In this document: piece by piece, positions 38,531 through 52,366 of the stretch
Numbering within the stretch: position 1 is the stretch's first letter
Layout: every line of letters begins with the position of its first letter
Origin: Hydrolagus affinis
Lineage: Eukaryota
Assembly (NCBI GenBank): GCA_012026655.1
Contig: JAAILG010000551.1
Coordinates: 1-64,000 of the forward strand
Direction: 5' to 3'
DNA length: 64,000 bases
Notes under the pieces: generated by a model
Told to the model about the DNA's origin: nothing
What the model saw: the letters and a program-made list of their open reading frames with translations, nothing else
Databases searched by the model: none
Made by a program: the position numbers and the translations under genes

Positions 38531-39329
38531 TATCACCACATCTCAAAGCACTTTACAACAGTTACTGTCAACTGTAAACGTTTGTTGCACATGTCCCACA
38601 AACATCCAGAAAGTGAATGAGCGAATGTATCTGTAGGACTGCTGTCCAAGACATCCCAAAAAATTCCTTTCTGCTTTCAAATAGCATCTCAGAGAGATGG
38701 AACTTCGGTTTAATGCTCCGATTCAACAATGCAGGGTTCCCCCCAATACAGCACTGATGCGTATGCCTAGACTATAAACTCCATACATCAGGAAAGCAAA
38801 GAACAAAAGACCTGTAATTTAAACAGCTAAGCTGCTAAGTAAGATTTGGTTTCTCTGCTCCATGAGGTTGGAAGTTATCAATTGGTATTTTAATCACGGT
38901 TGCGATCGAATTCCTTTTTCGTCACCGTACTGAAGGAATGGGAAGCCAGCTATTGGTGATTTCGTTTTCCATCAGTATAGCTATGGAGTCTGTGCCATGA
39001 GAATTCCAGATCAAAAATGTATTAATCCACCTCGCTTCTTTCCTCCTCCCCACCCTGCCCCGACAAAGACCCAAATGCACTCTGCCTTCTAAGTACTGCA
39101 CGTTGTTAGTGCAGCAATCTCTTCTGTGCAATACCGTGTTGACAACACATAATCATTCAGAATACCTGGCCTGGGAGTGAGGTGAATGATCAAAAAGGAA
39201 GAGCTATCGCGATCAGGACTAAAACACTAATTTAAAAAACGGGCACTGACTTTCTAATTTTAATAGAGCTGAGATACCAAGTCACGCTGCAACTTGCCAG
39301 CCTCATTATTGCCCACGTGCTTACATTTA

Positions 39330-39645
39330 ATAATAGTAATAAGAATCCCTGCATTTGATATAGCGCTTTTCACATCTTATCGACGTCTCAAGGCGCTTCA
39401 CAGAATATACTGTAAAGTGAAATGACCGTATATTTGTCTGCAAAACACGGCAGCCAATTGCGCACAGCAGTGTTCCACAAACAGCTGTGGATTGAAAATG
39501 ACCAATTTATCATAGCTTTTTTTTGGAGGGATTATTATTAGGCGTGTGGTGTAAGGAAACTTGCCCAAGATTTCACCCTGATCTGCCTGGATTCAAACAA
39601 ATCTCATGCTTGTAAGGTCGAGTGCTCTAACCACTGAGCTACAGT
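39330..39645 (-). mobile_element. Composite SINE, short form
   Basis: Family match. Confidence 0.9.
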
Positions 39646-40398
39646 CTTATTCTTGGTATTCCTCTTTCCCTTAGCTTCTTTCTGTGAAGCATGTCATTAT
39701 TGTAATGGCTCAGGCCATTGCGAGCACGTGCAAGAGAGACAGAGCACCCAAGGGAGAGAGTGAGAGAGAGATTAAGGCAGGAAGGAAGACGAACAATGTA
39801 GCAGACCTAACTTCTCATTTAACATGGTGAACAGACTTTAGGTGGATCCGTTGCTTCCACCTCTCAACGTTACCACGTTTCTCCCCCACTTATCCCTCCC
39901 ACTACAAAGGTCAACAATAGAATCAGAGTCTTCTCAATTTACTCCTTTCTCCTATCTAGCCCCATCCTCTAGTTCCCCCCACCCCGCAGTGTTTGTAATT
40001 AGTTAACACACACTGTAACTGATTGGTTTGCTTGGTCTCTGTTTATAATTAATGTTTTGCACCCGAATAACTTTAAGATTCTTGGAAATTCATTCCTATT
40101 TAGGAACGAGATCAATTAACAGGAAAGGTCTGACAAGCACATTTTTCAAACCAACCACATTGCACATGGAAAGAACACACTCCATTGCGTGTGCAAAGTG
40201 CAAGCTAGACTGCACATGCACATATGTTGCATTCTATTACACGCACAAAGCACGTTACGCTACACAAGCACTTGCCTTGCACGCGCTAAGTATATGTTAC
40301 TCTGCACATTTAAAAAAAAGTACACATCCATACAAACAAGCAAAGTACACTCACAAAGTGTTTCAATGCGCGCGTTGCTGTGTGAGCAGTCGTCTTAC

Positions 40399-41419
40399 CT
40401 ATGAGTGGGGGCTCATCAATAGTAATGCCCTGAGATCTGAGGTGTTTCTTGATGCAGGCTAGTCGTTGTACGTTGGGTCCCCAGCGTCTGCCCAGCTTGT
40501 GAACGTGCTGAATCTGCGTCACAAACCGCATCTCGTCGTTGAGTTTGCACTCGGGCCTCCAGTCAGAGGCAGGAATCACCCGGCACATCCCATACTTCTC
40601 CACCTGAGTTCTGACAGATTCCACGTAAGCTAATGGGTCGTGAAACTCCTTCTGGGTGGGCCTGAGAACTGGGATCTCTCCAACAAGTGCCATGCCAACC
40701 TTGCTGCCCCTCTCCTGCTTTAGTGAAGAGTCTTGTGGCTTGTGCGAGGACTCGGTGGCTGAGGTAGAACTATTTTCACTGGAGGCACTTTCCAATTTGC
40801 TCTGTGCTTGTTTGGTTGGGCTGGTCTTACCCAATGATGCCTTCCTAAGCCTCTGTCGTTCGCTGTTTTTCACTGGCGTTTCACATTTTATTCGCCCGTT
40901 AGGCAGAGTCTTTTCTTTTGCGCTCGCTCTTCTGTCCTTACCGCCCACTGTACACGTGCTAACTTTGACTCTCTTTGAAGGCGATTGGGCTTTCGCTACG
41001 TGGTTGACCTCCTCGTGCCTCCGCTTGGAGGTCCGCAGAGCTTCCTTAACATCCCGGACTTCAATCCTAGTGGGCGTTTTCCCGTTCACCTTCCCGTTGA
41101 GTTTGACACAGCTGGCAGCGGGGCCGTTTGGGTTGGACGCCGCATTGGATAGCACCGGTTTTCGTGATTTTGCATTGCTATGTTCACTTTTCCCTGAGAT
41201 TGAATGGTTTACAGCTGCACTCGATTTGACATGGTTCGGTTTGGTTTCCTTGACCAAATCCTTCTTGGCTTTGGTGTATGTAACGTTTCCCTTTGTCACT
41301 GTTGCAGTGTACTTCACAGTTTTGGACGGTGAAGGTCGGACCTCCCGATTCTTTTTGGCACTGGATGCATTCGCGCCTGATGACACAGCCTGGCCGATTC
41401 CATTTGCCCCCTTTGTAAC
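40399..41419 (-). CDS. JARID2: JARID2 exon 7 (RNA-binding region, JmjN, ARID start)
   Basis: 1021 nt; cag|VTKGANG...[15 protein letters not shown]...[36 protein letters not shown]...DEPPLI|gtaaga. Confidence 0.97.
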
Positions 41420-43524
41420 CTGCAAGAGAGCAAAACCACCAGTCAATACTCTGGGTCCTCGTACCTGGAGAAAGCTTCATTGCAATGAGCATTGTGTTGA
41501 ATGCCAACAAAAGTATGAAAGAAAACTTGCTTCTTTATAGCACAACCCTTTTTCCTCAGACATTTTTTGCAAAACCAAGTGAGAGCAGCCTAAGGTAATT
41601 TCTCATTCTGCCCCCACCCCACCACCTCTGTTCTCTCCAAAGATCATTCCCATGGACATGTCTGTCCTCTCCAACAACAACAACAAAATTACATTCAGAG
41701 AGCTCCTTTCACATCGGGAGGGCACCCCCACAGATTAATCCTACCCACCACACCTGACAGGATAGGTCTGTTTTCCATACATACGGACACACAAGACATC
41801 CCTCCCCACAGGAGGCTGCCCTCGCCACATGGGTGCTGATGGTGGCAGGCCTGGATGGTACCCAGTGCTCCCTAGTGTGCTCTCCGCTACAAAGAGGCCT
41901 CCTAGGTTTTATAAAGAGGCCCTTTTACAGTAGCAAACAGGAGCCGAATGAAGCGCGGGGTTTCAGCTTCCCCTCGCTGCTATAAATGTCACGCCAAGAG
42001 CAGACTTGAAAGGAAACCCAGTTTGTTGGTGGGTGTCCAAGAGTCAAGAGAGCACCAGACACGACTTCTGACTTTGCTTTCCTGCCACTGTAAACGCTGG
42101 AAGCAACAAAAGTGGAATCGGGAGCAGCCGGAACATAGGACTGGGACTGACTCCACAACCACCAACCCCAACCCCCGCTCAGCACCGAGGCCGATTCACC
42201 ATGACTTCAGTGCTGTGGCTTTCTCTCACTCACTGCAAAATCATTTTTATGGGGGTGGAGATGGGGGAAGGCGGGGGGAAGTGGCGTGGGGAGAGAGAGA
42301 GCAAACTACTGTAAGCACACAAGTCACAACCTGACTTGTTTCTATATAAAACATGAAAAGCCCCTCTCTGTCAACACAACAGTTAACAAGAGGAGCCACA
42401 GCGCTGGTAAATAGTCTTCAAACCACTTCAGCATTATTGTGGAAAAGAGTAAGAAAGCTATTGACAGCCATCTTTTTCCCTCAGTCATCGCGTTTTCCCT
42501 CCCTCCTGCTAGTGAGACAATGCCGGCAAGCTGGCTCTAGCCACCAGGTCAAAGTGGAAATGCTTTCTAATGCAACTCGGTCCCAGAAGCAGATCCAAAT
42601 CTTTTGGAATTAACTTGAGGAAAATTTTGGGAGGGAATGAGAACCTTCAAATTCCAGGGGGGAAACAACACAATGATTGCACTTCCCAGGATAAGGAAAC
42701 AGAGCCAATCTATTAAGTTTTCCAGCGACTGGGGCTGGGAACCTTCACGTGTCTAAATCTGTAACACAAACACTTTCCATTTTCGACAGCATTGTCTACA
42801 AAGGAAACTTTAATAAAAGCACAGAATAGCAGAATCCACCATACAGAGGGTGTATGAGCCACTACTCTTAGGAGCATCAAATGATTTTGATTCTCAAAAT
42901 GTTCCTCAGCCTTTAGGATTATTTTGATTTAACATTTTGGATTGTTCACAACTGTGAAAAATTCTTATATTCAAACGTCTTAATTAGAAGCGATTTTTGC
43001 TGTAGTTCCTAAAAGCTTCCACGCGAAGACCAAATTTCAGAGTTGCTCACAATTCTGTGTGATCTTGAATTTTAAAGATTCCATTTTTTTTTACAGATTA
43101 AACCTGTGTAGGCTTTTAAATCATTTGATTGATTAGTTAATTCTGTAATATCCTTAAATTATGTGCTGCAGGATGCTACGCTGTACGAGGGGCACTTTAT
43201 AAATGTTGTCATTGTTAATTACAAATGGACCAGATTGTGGGATAATCAAGAAGTTACTTCAGACAGTAGCAGAACTCTGGAGGTTCCCCACCAATTCCAC
43301 TAGAGGGAGTCCCAACCATCTGCTATTTTGAACCAACAAATCAATACGGTAATTTTCGAAATTTCCAAGATGTGAAAATTTTGAAAGTTACACATAAAAA
43401 TAATTTTAGTTTCCACAACTTCAAAGAAAAACAAGCGTGTTGAACAGAGCCGTTAAAAAAAGATGACAGGTAACGTTTTGACACGAGACCATTCAGGTCA
43501 CACAGTAAATAATTATTCGCCCAA

Positions 43525-43800
43525 ACAACAACTTACACCCTTCATGTGAGTAGCGTCTGAGCAACTACAGTGGCAGAACCTGATACCGTAACAGTCGGAG
43601 GTGACCATAGGCACTGTTGATGAAGAAAGCATGATCTGCAAATGGGGAAGGAGGGGGCGAGGCGGAGTTATTGAGAGCGAGTTCCAAAGTTTTGGGGCGT
43701 ACTGGCTGAAGGCACAGCTGCTCATGATGGTGGAGTGGAGTGGACAAGAGACAAGTAGGAGGCTTCTGAACCTATACAAGAACCAGATATTATCTCCCTC
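43525..43800 (-). mobile_element. L2 LINE 3' end
   Basis: Reverse AFSQYAPKLWNSL. Confidence 0.75.
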
Positions 43801-44639
43801 CTTCTCCTCTCTTGGAGACACTAAGTCAGGTTATGGCCTCACAGGCACTGAAGAAACCTAGCACCTCATCATGTGATCATTCTTCATGGATCATCCAACA
43901 TAATGAACATCAAATAAGAGGGTCTCCTTGGAGCAGAACCGGCTCTAAGGTGATATGTTCAGCAACAGGATGTCAGAATCGAATCAAGCCTCCACTGCAG
44001 TCTCAGTAATTCAGTTCCTGAGCCAGGCGGAGAACCACAGTACACCAGGCCACTGCTGATGACAACCCAGCCAGCCTGGCTCATCGGAGCTGGGAATCCT
44101 CCACAACTCAGCTCCCGTTAATCCACAATCCAAAGCCTGATAGGAAGGGTGGTCCTACCTGGATAAGTAATAGGAAAGCTTGCCGGACAGTACAGAACTA
44201 TCCATGACTAGCTATGCAGTTTTAGCTCATTAGACTCAAGCAATATCCCAATGCACACTCTGGGGTCCCTAAGCAAACTGCGCTTAATATGTTGTGGAAT
44301 TAGGTAGATAGGATGCACCCATCCCTCTAGGGAGGGAGTGCACATATCATTCCAGACACAGGATGGCATACTTAGAACTCAAGTCTGGTTTGGATGATCT
44401 GAAGCATGGAGTTTCTGCATGTGTCAGACATTCGGCTGACCAAAAACATTTCACTACTCAACCACAAGGAACATCATAATGACACAGGCAGATATTCACA
44501 TACAATTTTCACGCATCGTCTGTGCAGGGCGTTAGAAGTAGGGGGTCAAATATCCAGCTCACCAACTGACTCAGAGGCTGTGGTTTCTGTGTGTTTTGAG
44601 AAAATAAGTCTTTACTGATTTGGTGGGTGACCTTAATGA

Positions 44640-45000
44640 TGTGTCAGCCTGGCTCAGTCGGTAGCATTCTCACGCCTGAGTCAGAAAGTTGTGGGTTTCT
44701 GCCTCACGTGATCTCCAGGCTAACACTACAATTTAATGCTAGGGGAATTAGTGCACTGTAGAGGTGCTGGCTTTCATATGGAACGTTCAACTGCTCAATG
44801 GACACTATCTCAAAAGAATAGGGAGTTACCCCCCACCCCACCCTCCAAGTCTCCTGGCAAACAATCCTACAGATAAAGTTGTCCATTTGCTGCATGGCCA
44901 TTTTGGGGACATAACTGGGCAAAATTGGCTGCTGCGTTTGCCTTCAAAAATACAGGTACTACATTTTACAGTGATTCCTGTACAGCACTTGTGATGAATT
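44640..45000 (+). mobile_element. Old Deu-SINE (SacSINE1-like)
   Basis: gtgtcagcctggctcagtcggtagcattctc...gagtcagaaagttgtgggtt head; gcactgtagaggtgc..ctttc Deu core; aattggctgctgcgttt. Confidence 0.75.
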
Positions 45001-45157
45001 TCACTCTGACCGACCCCAATGTACATCCAGAACAACATTCCCATTCCCAACTTAATGCAATTCTGGTCACCAGAGGAGACCTGCTTTCTGGGTCAAATTA
45101 GAAATGCCTGTATATTAGAACCTCACTGAAATCCTGCCACCATCAACCTGATTAATT

Positions 45158-45500
45158 CAACAAGATCTTGCATTTATATAGCGATCTTCACGCAGAGCGC
45201 TTCACAGTGGCGGAGTCTGACAATGATTCAAGGGGAGAGGGAGATGAACGTAAGGATGATCAAAAAATGAAAGTCTTTAGGCAGGATTTGAAATTGGGGA
45301 AGGAGTGGGCATGACAGAGGAGCTGAGGGAGAGAGATCCAGGGTTTGGGGGCGTAGTGGCTGAAGGTACGGCCACTAACAGTGGAATGGAGGACACAAGG
45401 GTCCGAGAAGAGGCCGGAGCCATCTAATCGGAGGCAGTGGGTGGTGGAGTGGTCAGGTAGGTAGGGAGGTAAGCAAGTCGGGTAGGTAGGGAGATGCAAG
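45158..45500 (-). mobile_element. L2 LINE 3' end
   Basis: Reverse GRTFSHYAPKPWISLP...FKSCLKTFIF plus tail. Confidence 0.8.
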
Positions 45501-48500
45501 TAAATGAAGTGATATGAAATTCAATCAATAAAACGCAGAGCATAAACCTAAGATGATGCAATTTGGAGGGGAGTGTAGCCTGGAAGAGGGTGGGGGGAAT
45601 ATCTGAACATGGGGTGGTGGTGATGAGAAGTCACTTCACTGTTGGAAGTTCTCACAGGCTTGCTGCTATACATGCTTAGTAGTGCTTTGAAGACAGGGCT
45701 TTGGAGAGGGAAGCCTCTGAATTCCATTCTGACACAGGGTTGGCAGGAGAACAATTTTAGCAAAAAGCAAAGCTGTTCTGAAGAGGCACGGAATATCTAC
45801 TACTGCATTACACTTTTTATTTTTTTCAAAAAGTAAAGTCAAATCATGAACTGAATCAACTTCAAAAAAATTTTTTCGTTTCCTTTTCTCTGTGCGCAGT
45901 TAAGTTAACTCAGCTCGCGCCATGGCACTTTTGAACCATCAATTCTAGTTCAGCTTTCGCTCCACACGGACCTAACGGGTTAAGAACCTCCTTGTCCACC
46001 TCCGCCTATGAAAAACGACGCTGTCCGTTCCCGTTCCAGCTTTGATCAGGAAGTACCCTGCTTTAAGAGGTTCCTCACCACATTGCTACAGATGTTTCAG
46101 CAAAAAAGATAGTTGCAGCTTTGTACCTTTGTTCAGTCTGTGACAAAAGCTCAGCTGAAAGCATGACATACCAGCTCTTTCAGGCTGCCCACAAGAGGGA
46201 TATTTTCAAGAGAGTAATGGGTGGCCCATTCATCTGGGAGGTTACTGAGGCATATAGGTTTTGTTGCAGATAATGACGCATTAAACAAGAGGCTCTCAAG
46301 TTTTGCGCCATAAGTTTATTGAAGCCCAGATAATTGGCAGAGTCGATTCTCATATCTTGTACTAGAAGAAAAGGGTTTATCCTCAAGTCTTTCATGCTGC
46401 CCCCACGCAGTGCCGAGCCGCAGAGCAATCAATTCCACGCCACTGAACTCAGAACAATTTGATCTGCAGCAGCTTGTGAGCTCGCTCACAGGCACTATTT
46501 AAAAGTTTCTGAACAGACAGGAAGGGTAATCCCGTTCTTTGGAGGGCCAGCGGGGGGCATTGCTGCAAACCGGGTTGTTTTATTGGGCTCACAGTTCACC
46601 CGCAGCTCTGCTGTACCCTAAAATACCCGAGCCACAACACAACAGAGACAGTCAACCTTTCAGTGTCCAAAGCTCCTGAAAATACCACCAGGTGTATATA
46701 CAACAACATAAATAATCCTTACATTTCATATAGGGCCTTTACATGTTGGGAGGACTTCTTAAAACACTTCACTGTAATGTGCAGTGACTGTATTTGTAAG
46801 ACAACAAAACAGGCAGTTTGCACACAGCAATGTCCCACAAACAGCCAATGAAATTAATAACCTATTTTAATTGGGGGCGTCATTGGCCAGGACACTTTCC
46901 CTTCTCTTGAATAGTTCCTCCATTCTGCACACGCATAGAGAAAATTCTACCAGGCTCTAGATTTGCTCTATTTTTTTTGCAACATTTTAGAGTGAACAGA
47001 ATTTCACAAAATTGTTGAATTCGGTCTCAAATTGAAGCTGGGATTCTGCAGATCTTCCAGAAGGAACTTACCGCCCAAAACGGCATAATTAAGCCTTGGG
47101 ACATGAAGGTGTCATGCCAAGGCGCTTATAACAGCGCCTTGGGACGTCCTGATGTGAAAGGCCCTAGACAAATGTAATTTTGTTGTTGTTGGATTTAAAA
47201 ACACAAATGAAATTTCTGACCTGTGGTTTCCTTAAAACAAGGAACACAAATTCATGTTAACATGCAAATATACACAGTCAACATACACTCCTAAGTAGTT
47301 CGAGATAAGTCGGTATGCAATCAAAGCAGATCTGGTTTCAGAGTTCACTTTATACTGTTAGCCTGAAAACATTTCAGCTCAAAACAGTCCCCTCCTTCTC
47401 AGCAAATGAAACTTCTTTTTTAAAAAAAAACACTTCTGCAAAAAGGCCACTTCATGGTCCACAGGGTTGCTGTGTACAGAGCTGCAGCTGTGTGTTCAAA
47501 CTGCCTCTCACTCAGTCTTACTCATTGGAGATGCAAGTTCCAGATGGAATTTGATGTGTGGCAAAACTATTTTGTCCCCCTCTTAATTCCCCTTCCTCCC
47601 CCACTAAAAGCGCTGACTCACTGAGGTACAGTTCACATGTACGTCAGCAGCCCAGACGGCCGTTCCTTATTTGTGATCCCACGCAAGCTGTGAGCCACGG
47701 GCAGCCTTCCTGGTCTTTACGGTTCAGTTCCACACTAGCAGTGGCTGGATCCACTGAGTCACCAGACAATCCCTTCCCCATTCGACCACATCTAGTGTGT
47801 GCTCCGAATCATTTCTTCACTCTTCTCCGAATCATTTCTTCATTCTTCCACTCGTTTTCCCTCCTCCCCAAACAGCCAATGTGCAACACACCCACCCATG
47901 TCCGTGCATTCCCCTGTTAGAACGAACGGCTCAATTTTGAACCACGCACTATTATGCGCCTGTAAACGATGAGGTCGTTTCTCAAGCTGCACAAAGTGAA
48001 GTCATATGCTTGCGCCTCCGCTCTAACATAGCAGACTTCTTGTAGCAAAAAGGTTGGGTGGCTGGGGGAGGGGGAAGGGGAGAGAAAGGGAATGAGAGAA
48101 AGGAGTCAAGAGAGTCAGCAAAACTTTAAACAACAGATACCGTTTGGTACAGTGGACATGCTTGGCATACTCACAACCAGAATTTCAATAAAACGGATTT
48201 CAATCACCACACTTAAGTACAGTATTTGTAGGAAGTTTCACAAGTGGTGTTATGGTACGTGAACAACCAAGTAAAAATTCCTGAACAGAAATAGTGTAAT
48301 TTTCTTATTCTTCTCACTGGTGATCAAATTCTATGCAGCTGAAATGGTTTTGAGGTCTCCGTTGGTGAGTCAAAACAGCAGAAACTTCAAAGCTTGCGTA
48401 AAGGAGTATTGAATGGGGAGAACCCATCATTTCCATGTTACATTTCTCACTATTACACTCTACCATGATTTATTCCTCATTATAGATGCCAGCACCACAC

Positions 48501-49324
48501 GCTTGTTATCAAAGTACACCTCTTAAAAACTTCAGGCTGTGGTGTGTGTGTCACAGATCAAAGTTGGCAGGATCTTCCAGTGTAGTGGAATTAAGTTTGG
48601 TAGTAAGTGGAGAGACTGAATACCCTGCACTAGCTCAGGCGTCTGGGTCCAATTTCTTAAGAGGGATGTGGATAAAATAGCCGACCTCTAGGTTGCTGTG
48701 TCACCACCATCGCTTCGTGCACAATGCACCATCCACCCTACGTGCAGGATCCACCACTTGCATCAATCACTCTATTGGTGAAGTGACACCCAAGGCATTT
48801 TTGCGCATTGCCCATGTATTGCACGCAGGAAACAAAGCTAGCAGCACCTACTGCACATAGCAAGTGCTATCATTAGAAACCTGATAACCTGATAGTCAGT
48901 TCTTGTTGCCACGCATAACCTTCTACCAACTACATAACTGGTCATTTATTACTCCCACCAATTCTATTCCCTCATCTTCATACATTTTACACCAACAACA
49001 AAATTACATGCCTTTCACATCGGGAGCCCTGCCTCTTTTAATTTTAATTTGTTCTTTCCTTCTACTGGGGTATGTATCCACTGGACAGTGATGGGGAACA
49101 GGAAACCTTGGCCTATTTCTCTTCCCAGACCCTGAACAGTATGTACAAGACAATCCCAACTGCCAACCTGATAGAGGCTAGCTGACCCAGCAGAGACCTG
49201 CCTTTGAAACTGATCTGATCTGGACTGCTTTTTTGGGGGTCAGCCGGGTGTCTGATGCACACGAAAACCCATCACTGTGCTTAGAAGTATCTAAACCAAA
49301 CTGAGAACTCCAGGAATGTCACCT

Positions 49325-49608
49325 GCAAGTTTCCTTACTCCTCACATAGACACACACACAGACACACATATGTGCCTGATAATAATCCCCTCTGGAAAAA
49401 AATACCCAATAATAGTAATAAAATCAGTCATTTCTCAATCCACATGATAGACTATTTGTGGGGACGCTGCTGTGCGCAATTGGCTGCCTTGTTTCGTCCA
49501 CAAAATATATACAGTCAATTCACTTTACAGTATATTCTGTGAAGCACTTTGAGGCACAGTTTAGAAGACGTAAAAAGCGCTATATCAAATGCAAGGATTA
49601 TTATTATC
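49325..49608 (+). mobile_element. Composite SINE inserted in an older repeat
   Basis: Family match; flanks are two halves of the repeat also seen at 8300 and 44240. Confidence 0.85.
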
Positions 49609-49730
49609 ATATGAAGAGATAATTTATTGGAATGGAATGTTCACTCTCCCTGGAGGGATTCATCACGCTTAACTAATTCCTGTATTCAGCACAGGTTGGC
49701 AAGAGCCAAGGTTTAGGGACCCCAGAGTGT

Positions 49731-50287
49731 GTGTTTGCGCCACACTGGACAGTGCATTGGACATTCTGCCATCAGTTTGTTTCTTTCTGGTTAAAACCCC
49801 AATTCTCTACATTCCTAATAGGAAGAAACAAACCTTGGGAAAAGTTTAATGTCCTTGGGAAAAGGACATTATAAAACGGACATTGTACATATGTACCCAT
49901 TTCCCTCCCTGAAAAATACAGTGTTATGGGTCAGCTACCATTGGCACATATACACCAAGTACAGAATTCATTTGCACTTCATTCAGATGCGCTCCTTCTG
50001 AATTCCCATGGGGTCCTGGAAACACAATGCCAAACTGTGTGGAAAATATGGAGCTGTCCTCAGTTATTCACAACCATATTGACAACATTGCAGATAAGGA
50101 AGGTTCAGTTTCTCCCCACCCCCCCGCACCCCGCCCGTCCTTCCCGCTACCAGCACAACTGTACAGGGGTCCTCACTGAGCAGAGGATAGTTTGTCCGAT
50201 ATAAAGGAGCATTCCTTTGGGTCTTAACCAGAAAGAAACAAACTGATGGCAGAATGTTCAGTACACTGTCCAGTATGGCGCAAACAC
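49731..50287. repeat. 69-bp inverted repeat with 419-bp spacer
   Basis: 49731-49799 is the reverse complement of 50219-50287 with 5 mismatches. Confidence 0.92.
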
Positions 50288-50346
50288 CTACAGTATACCT
50301 ACAGTACTAACGCACACAGACACTCTATGGCAGAGGCGATCCTGCT

Positions 50347-50520
50347 TAATAATAATAAGCCTTGCATTTGTTATAGCACCTTATCATGTTCTTCGAGATG
50401 TCTCAAAGCGCTTCACAGAATCTACAGTAAAGTGAATTGACTGTATATTTTGTGGGTGAAACGCGGCAGCCCAATTGCACAGAGCAGTGTCCCACAAACA
50501 GTCATGGATTGGAGATAATG
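50347..50520 (-). mobile_element. Composite SINE 3' half
   Basis: Family match. Confidence 0.85.
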
Positions 50521-51304
50521 TTATTATCTGAGGAAGAGTGGACTTGGCTTGAAATGGGGAGAGGACGGGTGGTTCTCTCTGGTGTGGGAGGGTATAATTC
50601 TGTTGGTGTGTGTGGGGAAGAAAGAGATAGGGAGAGAGCCAGGAGGAAGGGCGCCTCTGATCCACATGTCTCATCCAACACTGTTCAATGATCTAGAACA
50701 AGCAGAGAAGGGAAGGGACAACTAATTTGCTTGCCTCCTGTATCCACGGATATCTGATGTGGATGCTCACTCCACTTTGCCCAGCTTTTGGGGAAGCTCA
50801 TCTTCTAACCCTGACCATCCACCAAACCCTGCAATCGCTCACTCGGTTTCCTTCGCATCCAAAACATTGGCCGTTATCGCTGCTACAACTCCAAAAACTC
50901 AAGCGCACATATTACAGTGCAAATGCACACAGATACCTCAGCAGAGTGAAAGGGGCTGACTGTCAGGTGATGGGAGTCTGATCCTCTGCCAGTTTGTGAC
51001 CTTGCGACAGAACTCAGAAATGGCCAACGTCAAGCTCTCAGGTGCTCAGATTAGAGCTGCCCTGGACCTTTGGAGATCATCACACATGAAACTCCAGGGA
51101 CCATTTGTGAATTTAACTGCTGTGAAACCATCATATACACACACAAAGTTTTGGTGAAGTCTACTCGAACAGACAGGTTACCAATTGAAACAGAACACAA
51201 TTTAACTCTTAACTAGCGGTGGTTAAGGCAAAAAATTCCTGCGTTTTTCCAGTCTGCTGTGCTGCAGACATTCGGTTGAACAGACTGGATGTTTATTTCC
51301 ATAC

Positions 51305-51540
51305 CTGTTGTGTTCGGAGCTCCTGAGATGGTTTAGCAACAGCTGAGCTGTTAGCAGCAGGGCCTTTTGTAGAGCTGCCCAGTTGTGAAGAAGGGTGAGT
51401 AGCACTGACTGCTGAACATGGCTCTTTCTTACACTCAACCTTTTGGTCGCTGTTCTTCTCCTTCCCTGGTGTGGCCTCTTTGCCTTTGTATTTCTGGACA
51501 GAATCCTTTTCTCTCAACAGCTTCCCCGAACCATTCAAAA
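51305..51540 (-). CDS. JARID2: JARID2 exon 6
   Basis: 236 nt; VLNGSGKLLREKDSVQKYKGKEATPGKEK...SQELRTQQ|gtatgg; phases join exons 5 and 7. Confidence 0.94.
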
Positions 51541-51619
51541 CTGGGGGTGGAGTGGGAGAGAGAGAAAAAAGAGAGTGAAAAGATTAGGAGAAGCCCACGT
51601 TAAGCTCAGATGAACAACA

Positions 51620-52366
51620 AAAGTGTAGAATTTATAACAAGTGACTACATCACGGACACATTTACAAGGCTCTGTGGAAAATTGTCACACTGTGCCATCG
51701 CATATCGACAAGCTAGGTTTTAATAACTCCATTATAAGCACAAGGTGAGAGATCTCCCAATCCTTCTCAACAAACAAGATCTTGGGTTTATACCCAGTTC
51801 ACACTAGATAGATAAGATTTTTAAAAATTGTTGTGCAATCCAACAGTGAAAATATAACTCCAAACAGGTGCCTCGCATGATCGTCACAAACAACATCAAA
51901 TTTGCTTACATATAGTGCCTTTCACGTTGACAGGATATGTCAAAACACTGAACAGTCAGGGGTTTGTATTCAAGAGGGGGGAGGTTCGATTCGGGAGAGG
52001 CCAGAGGGTGGGGGTGGGAGCAGGAAAGATGGCCTAAGGCACGGTCAAACCACAAAATTACACTTGTATAGTGCATTTCATGTCAACAGGACATCCCAAG
52101 GCGCTGGTCAAAGTGGAAGGTCAAAGACGGACCTTGAAGGAGGTCAGCGAAGAGACTCTGGGATGGAGATCCAGAAAGTGAGCCCCACAAAGTGTAGAAT
52201 TTATAACAAGTGACTGCATCATGGACACATTTACAAGGCTCTGTGGAAAACTGTCACACCGTGCCATCACATATCGACACGCTAGGTTTTAACAACAACA
52301 AAATCACACTTGTATAGCGCCTTTCACGTCAGGAGGACATCCCATAATTCCATTATAAGCACAGGG
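51620..52366. repeat. Direct duplication of about 125 bp (51620-51745 / 52189-52366)
   Basis: aagtgtagaatttataacaagtgact...gctaggttttaa...tccattataagcaca present twice. Confidence 0.92.

Noticed and set aside
40656-41540. 294-aa ORF on + antisense to JARID2 exon 7
   Set aside because: Codon-aligned shadow of the real exon, GTG start, no recognisable domain
41925-42334. ORFs and TATA-like words upstream of exon 7 as an internal promoter or extra exon
   Set aside because: No homology, no convincing splice pair or CpG island
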